Positions 55,935 to 64,000 of a DNA stretch of 64,000 nucleotides are shown here, in pieces. A program made the translations under genes and the position numbers. A model generated the notes under the pieces. The model searched no databases, was not told the origin of the DNA, and was given only the letters and a program-made list of their open reading frames with translations. Source of the stretch: Candidatus Micrarchaeota archaeon (GTDB lineage Archaea; Micrarchaeota; Micrarchaeia; Anstonellales; Anstonellaceae); assembly GCA_964392435.1 (NCBI GenBank), contig CAYMOY010000002.1:116479-180478 (forward strand), read 5' to 3'. Positions within the stretch are counted from its first letter, which is position 1. Every line of letters starts with the position of its first letter.

Positions 55935-57065
55935 TCAAGTCACTATCTCATCCAGCCTCTTTTCCCTGGCAGCCTCCTTAACCTCAAGCGCAATCCGCTC
56001 GCCCACGCTCATGCTCCTGCCCCACAGGTAGTCCCCGTAAGGAGTGTAGCGCACCCCTGGAGAGCCTGGCACCCGGAAGGAAACATCGAATATCACCGGC
56101 TCCTCGCCAGACTCGGAGGGGATTATGGCGCCTTGCAGCGCGAACGGGCCTATAATGCCGGGCTTGCACTCCTTCCTGCAGGTTTCGGTGAATTTCTCAC
56201 CTATCTCGAAAACTTTTTCCAGAAGCGACTCGCGTATGGTGCAGGCAACGTGCCCCACCTCGATATTTTTCATGCGCGCCAGCTTGAGTATGTCGGTCTG
56301 CTCAGGTGCCGTGAGGCGGAGAAGCCCGTCCAGGTTGGTCTGCCGCCGAAAATCGGTGCCCATCAGCTCCAGCTCGCCGGTCAGCGGGGAGACAAAGTAG
56401 TTGAAGTTGAACTGCGCGCCCAGCACGAACTCCTCGATAAGCGCGGACCGCAGCCCCTCTTTGGTGACAAGCCCGCGGGAGAGCATCTCCTTGCTTTTCC
56501 TCTCGTATTCGTGGTAGGAGTGCACTATGAAAAAGGCGCGCTCGTACTTCCTTTTTGCCTCGGATGCCTTCACTATCACAAGCCGGTCTATCTTTTCGGG
56601 CGAATCGAATGTTTTGGGTATTCGCACTCCCGCCCGCTTGAGCAGCCACTGTTGGTTCTTCGGGGTGTTGCGCTCCTCGGCCTTCAAAAGGAAGCGGTTG
56701 CCGAATATGGGCACTGCAAACTGTTTTTCAATAAGGTCATAGCCAACGTAAACCGAGAACGAGCGGTGCGGGACGAATATCGCCTGCTTTTTCACAAGCT
56801 CGGAGACTGCTTTCGCCCCGGCGATGTCAGAGAACTTGTCCAAGAGCATTATTTCGTCAATGCACCCAGTCTGCCCCAGCGCGGTCTTGCGCTTGAGGTA
56901 GTATTTCCAGTAAGAGTGCTCCCGCCCTTTCTGGCAGACCACAATCGAGCGTATGCCGTGCGCGCGGGCGCCGGATGAGATGTCCAGCGCTGAGTGCGAG
57001 CCTATGACTGCAATCGAGGGGCTCCTGTAAGAAGAGGCGATAGCGCCTGCGTGGGCTGCGACCAT
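55935..57065 (-). CDS. purP: FAICAR synthetase PurP paralog 2
   Basis: IAVIGSHSALDISSGARAHG ... VPIFGNRFLLKAEER ... YFVSPL ... GPFALQ ... SVGERIALEVKEA. Confidence 0.7.
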   Translation of the reverse strand: MVAAHAGAIASSYRSPSIAVIGSHSALDISSGARAHGIRSIVVCQKGREHSYWKYYLKRKTALGQTGCIDEIMLLDKFSDIAGAKAVSELVKKQAIFVPHRSFSVYVGYDLIEKQFAVPIFGNRFLLKAEERNTPKNQQWLLKRAGVRIPKTFDSPEKIDRLVIVKASEAKRKYERAFFIVHSYHEYERKSKEMLSRGLVTKEGLRSALIEEFVLGAQFNFNYFVSPLTGELELMGTDFRRQTNLDGLLRLTAPEQTDILKLARMKNIEVGHVACTIRESLLEKVFEIGEKFTETCRKECKPGIIGPFALQGAIIPSESGEEPVIFDVSFRVPGSPGVRYTPYGDYLWGRSMSVGERIALEVKEAAREKRLDEIVT

Positions 57066-57264
57066 ACAAAATTAGGGGAATTGAAGTTTAAAAAGCTGAC
57101 GAAAAGCCGGGTTTGGATTTGCCGCTAGGGCGGCACAGCAAATGCCATGAATTCCACCGGCATCCTGGTCAGGCAGCCTTTTTAAAGCAGGAAACAAAAT
57201 TATCCCTTGCTAAATTTCACCAACTGGGTGAAAAACCCCAGATGAATTTAGTGGAAGTGGAAAG

Positions 57265-57522
57265 ATGGCAAAATCTGGCGAGGGTGAAATGCCAGAGAAG
57301 GAAGACGGCATGGCTTCTTTTTCTGGTCAAACTGAAGAGATGAAAGGCACAGGAGCGAAACCCGACTTTCGCGTGGTCCAGCCCGATTATGACGGCAGGC
57401 TTGGCAAGACCGTTTTCAAGGACGTGGGCGCGATATGGAAGAACACCAGCAAGGCTGGCAATGAGTTTTACACGATGAAAATAGGGAAGCTCAAGCTTCT
57501 GGTTTTCCGAAATGAGAAATAA
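57265..57522 (+). CDS. small DUF736-like protein
   Basis: [50 protein letters not shown] resembles the PDY-R-V...GAAW-K-TSK-G-EY-SVKL pattern of DUF736. Low certainty. Confidence 0.35.
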   Translation: MAKSGEGEMPEKEDGMASFSGQTEEMKGTGAKPDFRVVQPDYDGRLGKTVFKDVGAIWKNTSKAGNEFYTMKIGKLKLLVFRNEK

Positions 57523-57559
57523 GGTGGTTTTTATGGTGAAAAAAAAGGAGACGGATGAG

Positions 57560-58522
57560 ATGGCTGAGGAAACTGAAAAGAAGAAAATAATCGTCAAGGA
57601 GCTTGAGGATTTGCCAGGGGTGGGGGAGGTCTCGGCTGAGAAGCTGCGCAAGGCTGGCTATGACATTGAAAAGATTGCGGCAAGCAGCCCGCATGAGCTT
57701 GACGAGATAGCTGAAATAGGCGTGGAGACTGCTAAGAGGACAATTGCTGCTGCCAGGGACTCCCTTGAGATGGGCTACGAGTCTGCGGATAAGATACTGG
57801 AGAGGCGCAAGAGCATCGGCAGAATAACGACTGGCAGCAAGGAGCTGGACGCGCTTATAGGGGGAGGCGTGGAAACGATGTCAATAACCGAGTGCTACGG
57901 GAAATTCAGCAGCGGAAAAAGCCAGGTTGGATTCCAGCTTGCCCTCAACGTGCAAAAGCCGGTTGAGCAGGGCGGGCTTGGGGGGAACACGCTTTTTGTG
58001 GACACTGAGTCCACGTTCAGGCCTGAGAGGATTTCGCAGCTTGCCCAAAGCGCGGGCATGGACCCCGATACCGCGCTGAAGAACATTTTTGTGGCAAAGG
58101 CGATAAACTCAGACCACCAGATGGTGCTGATAGACAAGGCTGAGGAGATGATAAAGGAGAAGAACATCCGCCTTATTGTGGTGGACTCCATGACTGCGCA
58201 CTTCAGGGCAGACTACATCGGCAGAGGGGCGCTTGGGGACAGGCAGCAGAAACTGAACAAGCACGTGCACGCGCTGCAGAAGCTTGCGGACAAGTTCAAC
58301 CTGGCAGTCTACATCACCAACCAGGTGATGGACAACCCTGGGATAATGTTCGGCGACCCGACCACCCCGATTGGCGGGCATGTGCTGGCGCACGCGGCAA
58401 CTTACAGGATATACCTGAGGAAGGGCAAGGAGGAGAAAAGAATCGCGAGGCTGGTTGACTCACCGAACATGCCTGAAGGAGAATGCGTGTTCAAGGTGAC
58501 GCCAAAGGGGATTTCCGACTGA
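57560..58522 (+). CDS. radA: DNA repair and recombination protein RadA
   Basis: N-terminal Hh[29 protein letters not shown]; Walker [10 protein letters not shown]; [15 protein letters not shown]; 320 aa. Confidence 0.9.
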   Translation: MAEETEKKKIIVKELEDLPGVGEVSAEKLRKAGYDIEKIAASSPHELDEIAEIGVETAKRTIAAARDSLEMGYESADKILERRKSIGRITTGSKELDALIGGGVETMSITECYGKFSSGKSQVGFQLALNVQKPVEQGGLGGNTLFVDTESTFRPERISQLAQSAGMDPDTALKNIFVAKAINSDHQMVLIDKAEEMIKEKNIRLIVVDSMTAHFRADYIGRGALGDRQQKLNKHVHALQKLADKFNLAVYITNQVMDNPGIMFGDPTTPIGGHVLAHAATYRIYLRKGKEEKRIARLVDSPNMPEGECVFKVTPKGISD

Positions 58523-58625
58523 AAACCAATGGGGAAACAGCTGTTTCCCTGTTTCTCCTTTTTCTGTTTTTTTCTTTTTTCTTTCCAGATTACTTTGCGC
58601 CCCTCTTTTTTCTCGGCTGCCAGAG

Positions 58626-59579
58626 TCATTTTTCGCCATTATCAAGAGGGCGGCCCATATCTGAAAGCTCAGACTGGGTTTCTTTTTTCATCTTAAGGAG
58701 AATCCCCCGCGCTTTCTCGTCCGGCTTGACGCCAGACAGCTCGGACTCGACATATTCCAGGAACTCCGAGCAGTGCGCGATGGGGTTTTTGCAGCGCGTG
58801 CCCCAATCGAAAACGGCGCAGCGCATGTTCTTTCCTAGGTATTTGCCATACCTGCGCTCCACCTCCTGCCTGCTCTCCTCAGGCATTACCGAATTTGGCA
58901 TCAGAAAACGCAGGTCGGTTCCGTCCGGCATGAGGTGGAAAAGCATTTCGCAGGCGTAAAAAGAAACCTTGCAGCCCGGGTGCTGGGGCAAAATGTGCGT
59001 TTTTGCAAGCTTGGCAAGCTTGCGTGCACCTTCAAATGAGCCTGCCAGCGTGAATATGGTTATGCTCTCTATGCTGCTGCCCTTGTCCTCAGCCGCATCC
59101 ATGAGAAGCTGTATGCCTTTCACCAAAGTGGAACCGGTTGCCACCGTGTCCCCTATTATCACGTGCGCCCTGTCCGGCAGCGATTCGAAGTTCCCATAGC
59201 CTGCAACCGCCCTGAACTGCCCCTCTTTGCCTTCCACGCGCTGCCGCTGTATGCCTATGAAGCATTGCTGAAGGGCAAAGCCAAAGTCGCGCTTGAAGCC
59301 GTAGTTGAGGGCATAGTAAAGCCCGCCTGATAAGAAGACCAGCTCGCATATGTTCTGGCGCAAAACTCCGGCAAGTTCTCGCTTCGAGGCAATCGTGGCA
59401 AAAATCGATGCGTTCTTTTCCATTGCATCCTGCAGCTTTTTCCCCACCAGCTGGGGGGAATAAAGCACTGCGCGGGCAGCTTCAGAGCATATCACATAGG
59501 TGTTATCAAGCAAGGACGGGTCTTCCACGCGGTAAACAGAGTAGTCCTTTGCCTTTTCAACATTGACGATTGCTGACAT
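58626..59579 (-). CDS. type-I phosphoribosyltransferase-domain protein
   Basis: HVIIGDTVATGSTL (PRPP-binding motif). Confidence 0.45.
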   Translation of the reverse strand: MSAIVNVEKAKDYSVYRVEDPSLLDNTYVICSEAARAVLYSPQLVGKKLQDAMEKNASIFATIASKRELAGVLRQNICELVFLSGGLYYALNYGFKRDFGFALQQCFIGIQRQRVEGKEGQFRAVAGYGNFESLPDRAHVIIGDTVATGSTLVKGIQLLMDAAEDKGSSIESITIFTLAGSFEGARKLAKLAKTHILPQHPGCKVSFYACEMLFHLMPDGTDLRFLMPNSVMPEESRQEVERRYGKYLGKNMRCAVFDWGTRCKNPIAHCSEFLEYVESELSGVKPDEKARGILLKMKKETQSELSDMGRPLDNGEK

Positions 59580-59600
59580 TTTCCCACCGGAACAAGATGG

Positions 59601-60656
59601 GTGGCAACCCTAATAAAGCTTAAACGCAGCCAGATAATCATGGAAAACATGGAAGCGACCTGGAAGGCCACGCCCAATATAGCAGTGGTGAAATATTGGG
59701 GAAAACGGGACAACAATCTCAACCTGCCAGAAAATGGAAGCATTTCCGTAACAATGGACGATTCGCTGCGCACCATCACATCTGTAAAGTTTGATGCTTC
59801 CCTAGGCAAAGACAGGCTGGTGCTCAACGGGAAGGAGGCATCGCAAGGCGAGCTTGCTCGCGCCTCCCTCGTCTTGGGCGCGATAAGAAAATCCGCCGGG
59901 ATACGGCACAATGCGCTTGTTGCGTCTGAGAACAACTTTCCGACAGGCGCCGGCATTGCATCATCTGCCTCCGGTTTTGCAGCCCTTGCCTGCGCAGCTG
60001 CGGATGCTGCTGGCCTGCAGGCAGGCGACAGGCAGCTTTCGATATTCGCAAGATTGGGCTCGGGCTCAGCCTGCCGCTCGGTTCTGGGCGGGTTTGTGGA
60101 ATGGAGGATGGGCGGCAGGAAAGACGGCTCGGACTCCTACGCTGTGCAGATTGCCCAGGCAAGCCACTGGCCATCTTTGCGCAACATTATTGCAATAACC
60201 AACCCAGAGCAAAAGAAAATCGGCTCAGCGGCAGGCATGGAAATCACAGCCAAAACCAGCAATCTCTATCCTGAAAGGGTGAAAAGCAGGCCGAAGATAA
60301 TAACTATGATGCGCAAGGCGATACTTGCGCGCAACCTGCCCTTATTTTTGGAACTGACGATGCGCGAGTCTTCGCATATGCACGCGGTGATGATGGATTC
60401 GTTCCCCCCCATAATCTACCTGAATGACATTTCAAGGGAAATAATCTCTCGCGTGCATGAATTCAACCGGCAAAAAGGCGTTATATGCGCAGGCTACACC
60501 TTTGACGCAGGACCGAATGCCCACGTCTACACCACAGAAAGAAACGCAGGAGAGGTAGAAAGGATGCTGCAGGAAATAGAGGGCGTGCAAAAAACCCTCG
60601 CCTGTCGGCCCGGCAACGGCCCGAGAAAGCTCCCAGAGGGCGAATCCCTCCTTTAA
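59601..60656 (+). CDS. diphosphomevalonate decarboxylase family (GHMP kinase fold)
   Basis: PNIAVVKYWGKRD, FPTGAGIASSASGFAALACAAA, ARLGSGSACRS. Substrate (MVA-PP vs phosphorylated variants) not resolvable from sequence. Confidence 0.7.
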   Translation: MATLIKLKRSQIIMENMEATWKATPNIAVVKYWGKRDNNLNLPENGSISVTMDDSLRTITSVKFDASLGKDRLVLNGKEASQGELARASLVLGAIRKSAGIRHNALVASENNFPTGAGIASSASGFAALACAAADAAGLQAGDRQLSIFARLGSGSACRSVLGGFVEWRMGGRKDGSDSYAVQIAQASHWPSLRNIIAITNPEQKKIGSAAGMEITAKTSNLYPERVKSRPKIITMMRKAILARNLPLFLELTMRESSHMHAVMMDSFPPIIYLNDISREIISRVHEFNRQKGVICAGYTFDAGPNAHVYTTERNAGEVERMLQEIEGVQKTLACRPGNGPRKLPEGESLL

Positions 60657-60792
60657 GCCCCAGATTTATGCTTTAATTGGCTTCTTGGCGCCAGTTTTGG
60701 CTTGCGGGCAGAAAGTCTGCCGGAAAACATTTTGCCATTTCCATGCGCCTTGACGCCCTTAGCAAGTGCGCTGCGCCATCCACTAAGAAGCT

Positions 60793-61080
60793 TCACTGGC
60801 GGCTGCCGTGCTTCTTGACATCCCAGATGTACTTGCCCATCCGCACAGGCGTGACTGTTATCTCAAAGCCGTAGCCCTTCTCCTTCAAAAATCCTGCGAG
60901 CCTCTCGTTGATGTTGTCGGAAACCGGGTCGTTGTTCATCCAGGTGGTGGACTTGCCGACATGCAAGCAATCTGCAACCAGCCCTGCGTCCAAATCCGAA
61001 ACACCGAAAGACATGACAGTGTCGTGCACTTCTCTTGGAGTGGGCTTCTGGACTGTGACTTGCTGGGCTATCTGTTCCAT
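60793..61080 (-). CDS. hypothetical small protein (95 aa)
   Basis: C-terminal part of track ORF 60793..61380 taken from MEQIAQQ; divergent from Nudix gene. Confidence 0.3.
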   Translation of the reverse strand: MEQIAQQVTVQKPTPREVHDTVMSFGVSDLDAGLVADCLHVGKSTTWMNNDPVSDNINERLAGFLKEKGYGFEITVTPVRMGKYIWDVKKHGSRQ

Positions 61081-61170
61081 CCAATCCCTCTTGTTCTGCG
61101 CCTCTGGCGCATGGTCGCCTGCAACAAAATCGCAAAAAACATTTATCAAGCTTTGCTGGGCAGGTCTTGC

Positions 61171-61623
61171 ATGGGAAAACAGGAAAAATCGTGCGGCGCG
61201 GCGATTTTCAGGGAAGACGGCGGCAGGAGGCTTTATCTTGTGCTGCATTACGGGGAAGGGCACTGGGACCTGCCAAAAGGGCATGTGGAAACCGGGGAGG
61301 GAGAGGAGGAAACCGCCAGGCGAGAAATATTCGAGGAAACCGGGATTTGCGAGCTTGAGTTTTTCAGCGGTTTTAGGCACACCATATCATACTGCTTTGT
61401 TAGAAGGGGGGAGAGGATACCAAAAGAAGTGGTTTTCTTCCTGGCAAAGACTGCCCAGAAAAGTGTGACTCTCTCGGATGAGCACGTTGGTTATTTGTGG
61501 CTGCCTTTCAGGCTTGCTTGCGCGAAAATGAGCTTCAAGAATGCTTGTGAAGTCCTGGAAAAGTCCGAGAATTTCTTGTCCGAACAGCAAAAACGAGGCA
61601 CTGCCCCCGCCGGAAAAATTTAG
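61171..61623 (+). CDS. Nudix hydrolase
   Basis: Nudix box GHVETGEGEEETARREIFEETGI; start at MGKQEKS. Confidence 0.65.
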   Translation: MGKQEKSCGAAIFREDGGRRLYLVLHYGEGHWDLPKGHVETGEGEEETARREIFEETGICELEFFSGFRHTISYCFVRRGERIPKEVVFFLAKTAQKSVTLSDEHVGYLWLPFRLACAKMSFKNACEVLEKSENFLSEQQKRGTAPAGKI

Positions 61624-63344
61624 CTGGGCGAAAGCAGCACAGGCTTGCGAAACCTTTTTCCCGCTCCCTTGGATTTTTTGGATGACCTGCCCTTATCAGC
61701 CCAGCAGTTGCCTGCTTTTTTTTCAGAATTTTTTTTCTTGCCATAGATGAGGCGCGCAGCAAGTCTGCAAAAGCCTGAAGACCGGTAATTTTTGAAAACC
61801 ACGCTTGCCTTGCCTCGCAGCGTGGCGGAAGGCAGTGTGGTGGAAAGGGCGATGCAGCCCATGCCTGCCGATGCGGCTGCCCGCACCCCTGAAAGGGAGT
61901 CTTCCACCACTATGCACTCGGAAGGCTTGATGCCCAGCCTCCTTGCCGCAAGCAGGAATACTTCGGGGCTGGGCTTGGGGTGCCGGACATCCTCCAGCCC
62001 GACAAAGTCCATCGAAGGCAAGCCTATTGAATTAAGCGAGGCTGCGATGTGCTGCCTGTGCCCGCCCGAGGCGATTATGGACTTCACCTTGTGATGACTG
62101 ATGAATGAGTAAAACTCCTTGAAACCCTCTATCTGAGGAAGGCCTTTTTGCTCCAGATGCTGCTGGTAGGCTTTTGCCCGCTTTTGCACAAGCTCCTTTG
62201 CGCTCCCCTTAATGCCGTTTTTCTTGAAAACATCTTCCATTATCCGCACCGAGCCTATTCCCGTGTAATTGAGCCCCCATTCCTTGGAACTTATATTGAT
62301 ACCCAAGGGGCGAAGCACCTTGTTGAAGGTTGCCAGGTGCGCCTTCTCGCTGTCCACCACCACCCCGTCCAAGTCAAATATGACCGCCCTTATTTTCGAG
62401 ATGCTGGACAGGGGCACGCATTTCACTGCTATTGAGTTGCCGGAAAGCTTGGGAGGGATGGCTTGCAGCCGCCTTTTCTGAAAGCGCGCAGCTGGGCTGG
62501 TTGAAGAAGCCCCCTGCATTGCGCTTGAAATTGATTTGGGAGAATCTTGCGTTTCCCCTATTCCCCCCTCAAGCGCAATTGCGCCAGGAAAGGCATTTGC
62601 TTGGCCGCAAGGCAGAAGCGGCGATTCGCCTGCGCCCTGAGGCAAGCAGGAATTTGAAAACATCCGCTCTTGCAATGGCTGCATGCCAAACTGCCGCATC
62701 GAGGCCCTGCGCTCGCTTTCCTTTGGAGAGAAAACAGGGGCAGGCAAAAAGAGTTCTGGCTGCTGCAGCTCGCGCGGCCTCTTTTTCCAACCCCCGAAAT
62801 TGCGCATGCTCATAAGCAGGTAGAAGCGGAAGTGGTCTATCGCAGGGACTTGGCGCGCCTGCTCTGAAACCAGGGGGCTTTGGACCCAAAGTTTGTATTT
62901 TGGCGGGATTGCCGCTTGCGCTGGAAGGGATTCCAGCTCGAAAGTTTCTGTCCGAAGCTTCGGCCGGGCATCCACCACCGAGCCTGCAAAATCGCACGAA
63001 ACCGAAACCAGCTCGAGGACTATATGGGCGCCAGAGAGCATTTGCGGGGTTGCCCAGATATGATAAAGGGAGATGTAGAGCTTTTTGCCGGTTTGCGGGT
63101 CGATTATCCAGGGCACCTGCCCGTTTATCGTGAAGTGCACCCCGGCCTGTTCAGACTTCGTGATGCCCCCTATCGATATTATTTCCAGGCCATATTTCTT
63201 GTCAAACAGGAATTTCATGTCTGAAAACTCGCGCCTGATTGCGGCAACAAGGTTCTGTTTTGAGGAAAAACTGATGGTTTTTGTCTGGCAGCTGCCATTA
63301 TTCCCCTTGACAGTCACTTGCGCTTCGAACCTAGCCATCCACAC
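61620..63344 (-). CDS. HAD-superfamily hydrolase (beta-PGM-like C-terminal domain) with long N-terminal region of unknown function
   Basis: IRAVIFDLDGVVVDS (HAD motif I), ...IVVEDSLSGVRAAASAGMGCIAL (motif III/IV). First ~330 aa unassigned; possible fusion or mis-joined ORFs. Confidence 0.45.
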   Translation of the reverse strand: MWMARFEAQVTVKGNNGSCQTKTISFSSKQNLVAAIRREFSDMKFLFDKKYGLEIISIGGITKSEQAGVHFTINGQVPWIIDPQTGKKLYISLYHIWATPQMLSGAHIVLELVSVSCDFAGSVVDARPKLRTETFELESLPAQAAIPPKYKLWVQSPLVSEQARQVPAIDHFRFYLLMSMRNFGGWKKRPRELQQPELFLPAPVFSPKESERRASMRQFGMQPLQERMFSNSCLPQGAGESPLLPCGQANAFPGAIALEGGIGETQDSPKSISSAMQGASSTSPAARFQKRRLQAIPPKLSGNSIAVKCVPLSSISKIRAVIFDLDGVVVDSEKAHLATFNKVLRPLGINISSKEWGLNYTGIGSVRIMEDVFKKNGIKGSAKELVQKRAKAYQQHLEQKGLPQIEGFKEFYSFISHHKVKSIIASGGHRQHIAASLNSIGLPSMDFVGLEDVRHPKPSPEVFLLAARRLGIKPSECIVVEDSLSGVRAAASAGMGCIALSTTLPSATLRGKASVVFKNYRSSGFCRLAARLIYGKKKNSEKKAGNCWADKGRSSKKSKGAGKRFRKPVLLSPS

Positions 63345-63388
63345 ACCACAAAAGCAGGGTTTAGATGAATGATGAAGCTTTAAATTGC

Positions 63389-63964
63389 CTAGTAGTCCAC
63401 GCCAGAACGGGAAAGCACGCCCTTGTCGAAGGGATGTTTTATCTTGCCGACATAAGATACATAATCGGCTGCTTTTTCCACTTCAGGGGTGGCGCCCCGC
63501 CCGGTAAGGACCAGTTCGCAGGAGGGGTGCCTGCCTGCAATAAGCGCCAGGAGCTGCTCATTGGTCACCAGATTCTCGATAACCGCCCAGAATATCTCGT
63601 CAAGGATGAGGAGGTCGTATTTTCCTGATGATGAGAACTCCTTTGACTTCTCAAAAGCTTCCGCACAAAGCCCCCTGTCCCTATCATTTGTATTGAAGCA
63701 GCCTTTGCAAAAAATGATGAATCCTTTTTCAGCCAGCTGCTTCTCATGCTGGGCTGCGTTGGGGCAGCTTTTCGTTTTTGAAATCACCCTCACGCCAAGC
63801 TTCTCAAGCGATGCAAGCTCCCCTGAGAAGCCCCCTTTGAGGAACTGGACAAACGCCACTTTCAAGCCCCTTCCTGCCGCCCGCGCGGCTATTCCCACTG
63901 CAGAGGTGGTCTTGCCATTGCCATCGCCCGTAAGGACGTGCACCAAGCCTTCCTTTCTTTGCAT
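63389..63964 (-). CDS. cobO: cob(I)alamin adenosyltransferase CobO/BtuR family
   Basis: VHVLTGDGNGKTTSAVGIAARAAGRGLKVAFVQFLKG. Confidence 0.75.
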   Translation of the reverse strand: MQRKEGLVHVLTGDGNGKTTSAVGIAARAAGRGLKVAFVQFLKGGFSGELASLEKLGVRVISKTKSCPNAAQHEKQLAEKGFIIFCKGCFNTNDRDRGLCAEAFEKSKEFSSSGKYDLLILDEIFWAVIENLVTNEQLLALIAGRHPSCELVLTGRGATPEVEKAADYVSYVGKIKHPFDKGVLSRSGVDY

Positions 63965-64000
63965 GATATAGGCTTTGGCAAAAGCATATTTACTCCTTTC

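Noticed and set aside
56133-56978. 281-aa plus ORF opposite purP paralog 2
   Set aside because: Antisense shadow of a gene with full-length PurP collinearity.
60808-61170. N-terminal 120 codons of track ORF 60808..61623
   Set aside because: Overlaps a better-formed convergent/divergent minus-strand gene; the Nudix domain begins at an internal ATG (61171) and 150 aa is the typical Nudix size.
1-64000. CRISPR arrays or rRNA operons
   Set aside because: No regularly spaced 25-40-bp repeats and no sequence resembling 16S/23S/5S conserved blocks were seen anywhere in the window.

Overview
High-GC (~58-60%) archaeal chromosomal segment. Archaeal affiliation is inferred from aRF1, RadA, PAC2/Pba, PurP, TrmB, archaeal-type TyrRS and tRNAs lacking encoded CCA. 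Coding density is high on both strands. Housekeeping genes recognised from motifs: partial AMP phosphorylase at the left edge (absent from the ORF track), TyrRS, argininosuccinate synthase, beta-carbonic anhydrase, aRF1, FtsZ, Fe/Mn SOD, catalytic-domain ThrRS, two tandem PurP paralogs, RadA, mevalonate-PP decarboxylase-family protein, Nudix hydrolase, HAD hydrolase, CobO-type adenosyltransferase. Two tRNAs read directly from sequence: tRNA-Ser(GCU) at 36583-36668 (+) and tRNA-Leu(UAA) at 54095-54179 (-). Accessory or unusual content: (1) a co-directional operon at 4.3-11 kb centred on a FtsK/HerA/VirB4-superfamily ATPase with several membrane partners, flanked by GT4 glycosyltransferases and a glycogen synthase/GH57 pair. 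(2) Four tandem ~110-aa VirB2-like secreted two-helix membrane proteins at 36.8-38.5 kb, just downstream of tRNA-Ser and degenerate repeats of its 3' end. (3) A tRNA-Leu-associated region with an intact tyrosine integrase and a 22-bp direct repeat of the tRNA 3' end 12.5 kb away, delimiting a candidate integrated island. Beyond the distal repeat lies an older remnant: a truncated integrase paralog plus an AT-rich LAGLIDADG homing-endonuclease gene. (4) An IS200-like (tnpA-only) element with subterminal hairpins splitting a peroxiredoxin gene. (5) A membrane-anchored tandem-AAA (CDC48-like) ATPase. (6) A DUF134 / NifX-like x2 / MinD-ferredoxin ATPase / DUF5320-like cluster next to ZIP transporters and a NikR-like regulator. 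No rRNA genes or CRISPR arrays were seen. All assignments rest on reading motifs in the six-frame translations; no database searches were possible.
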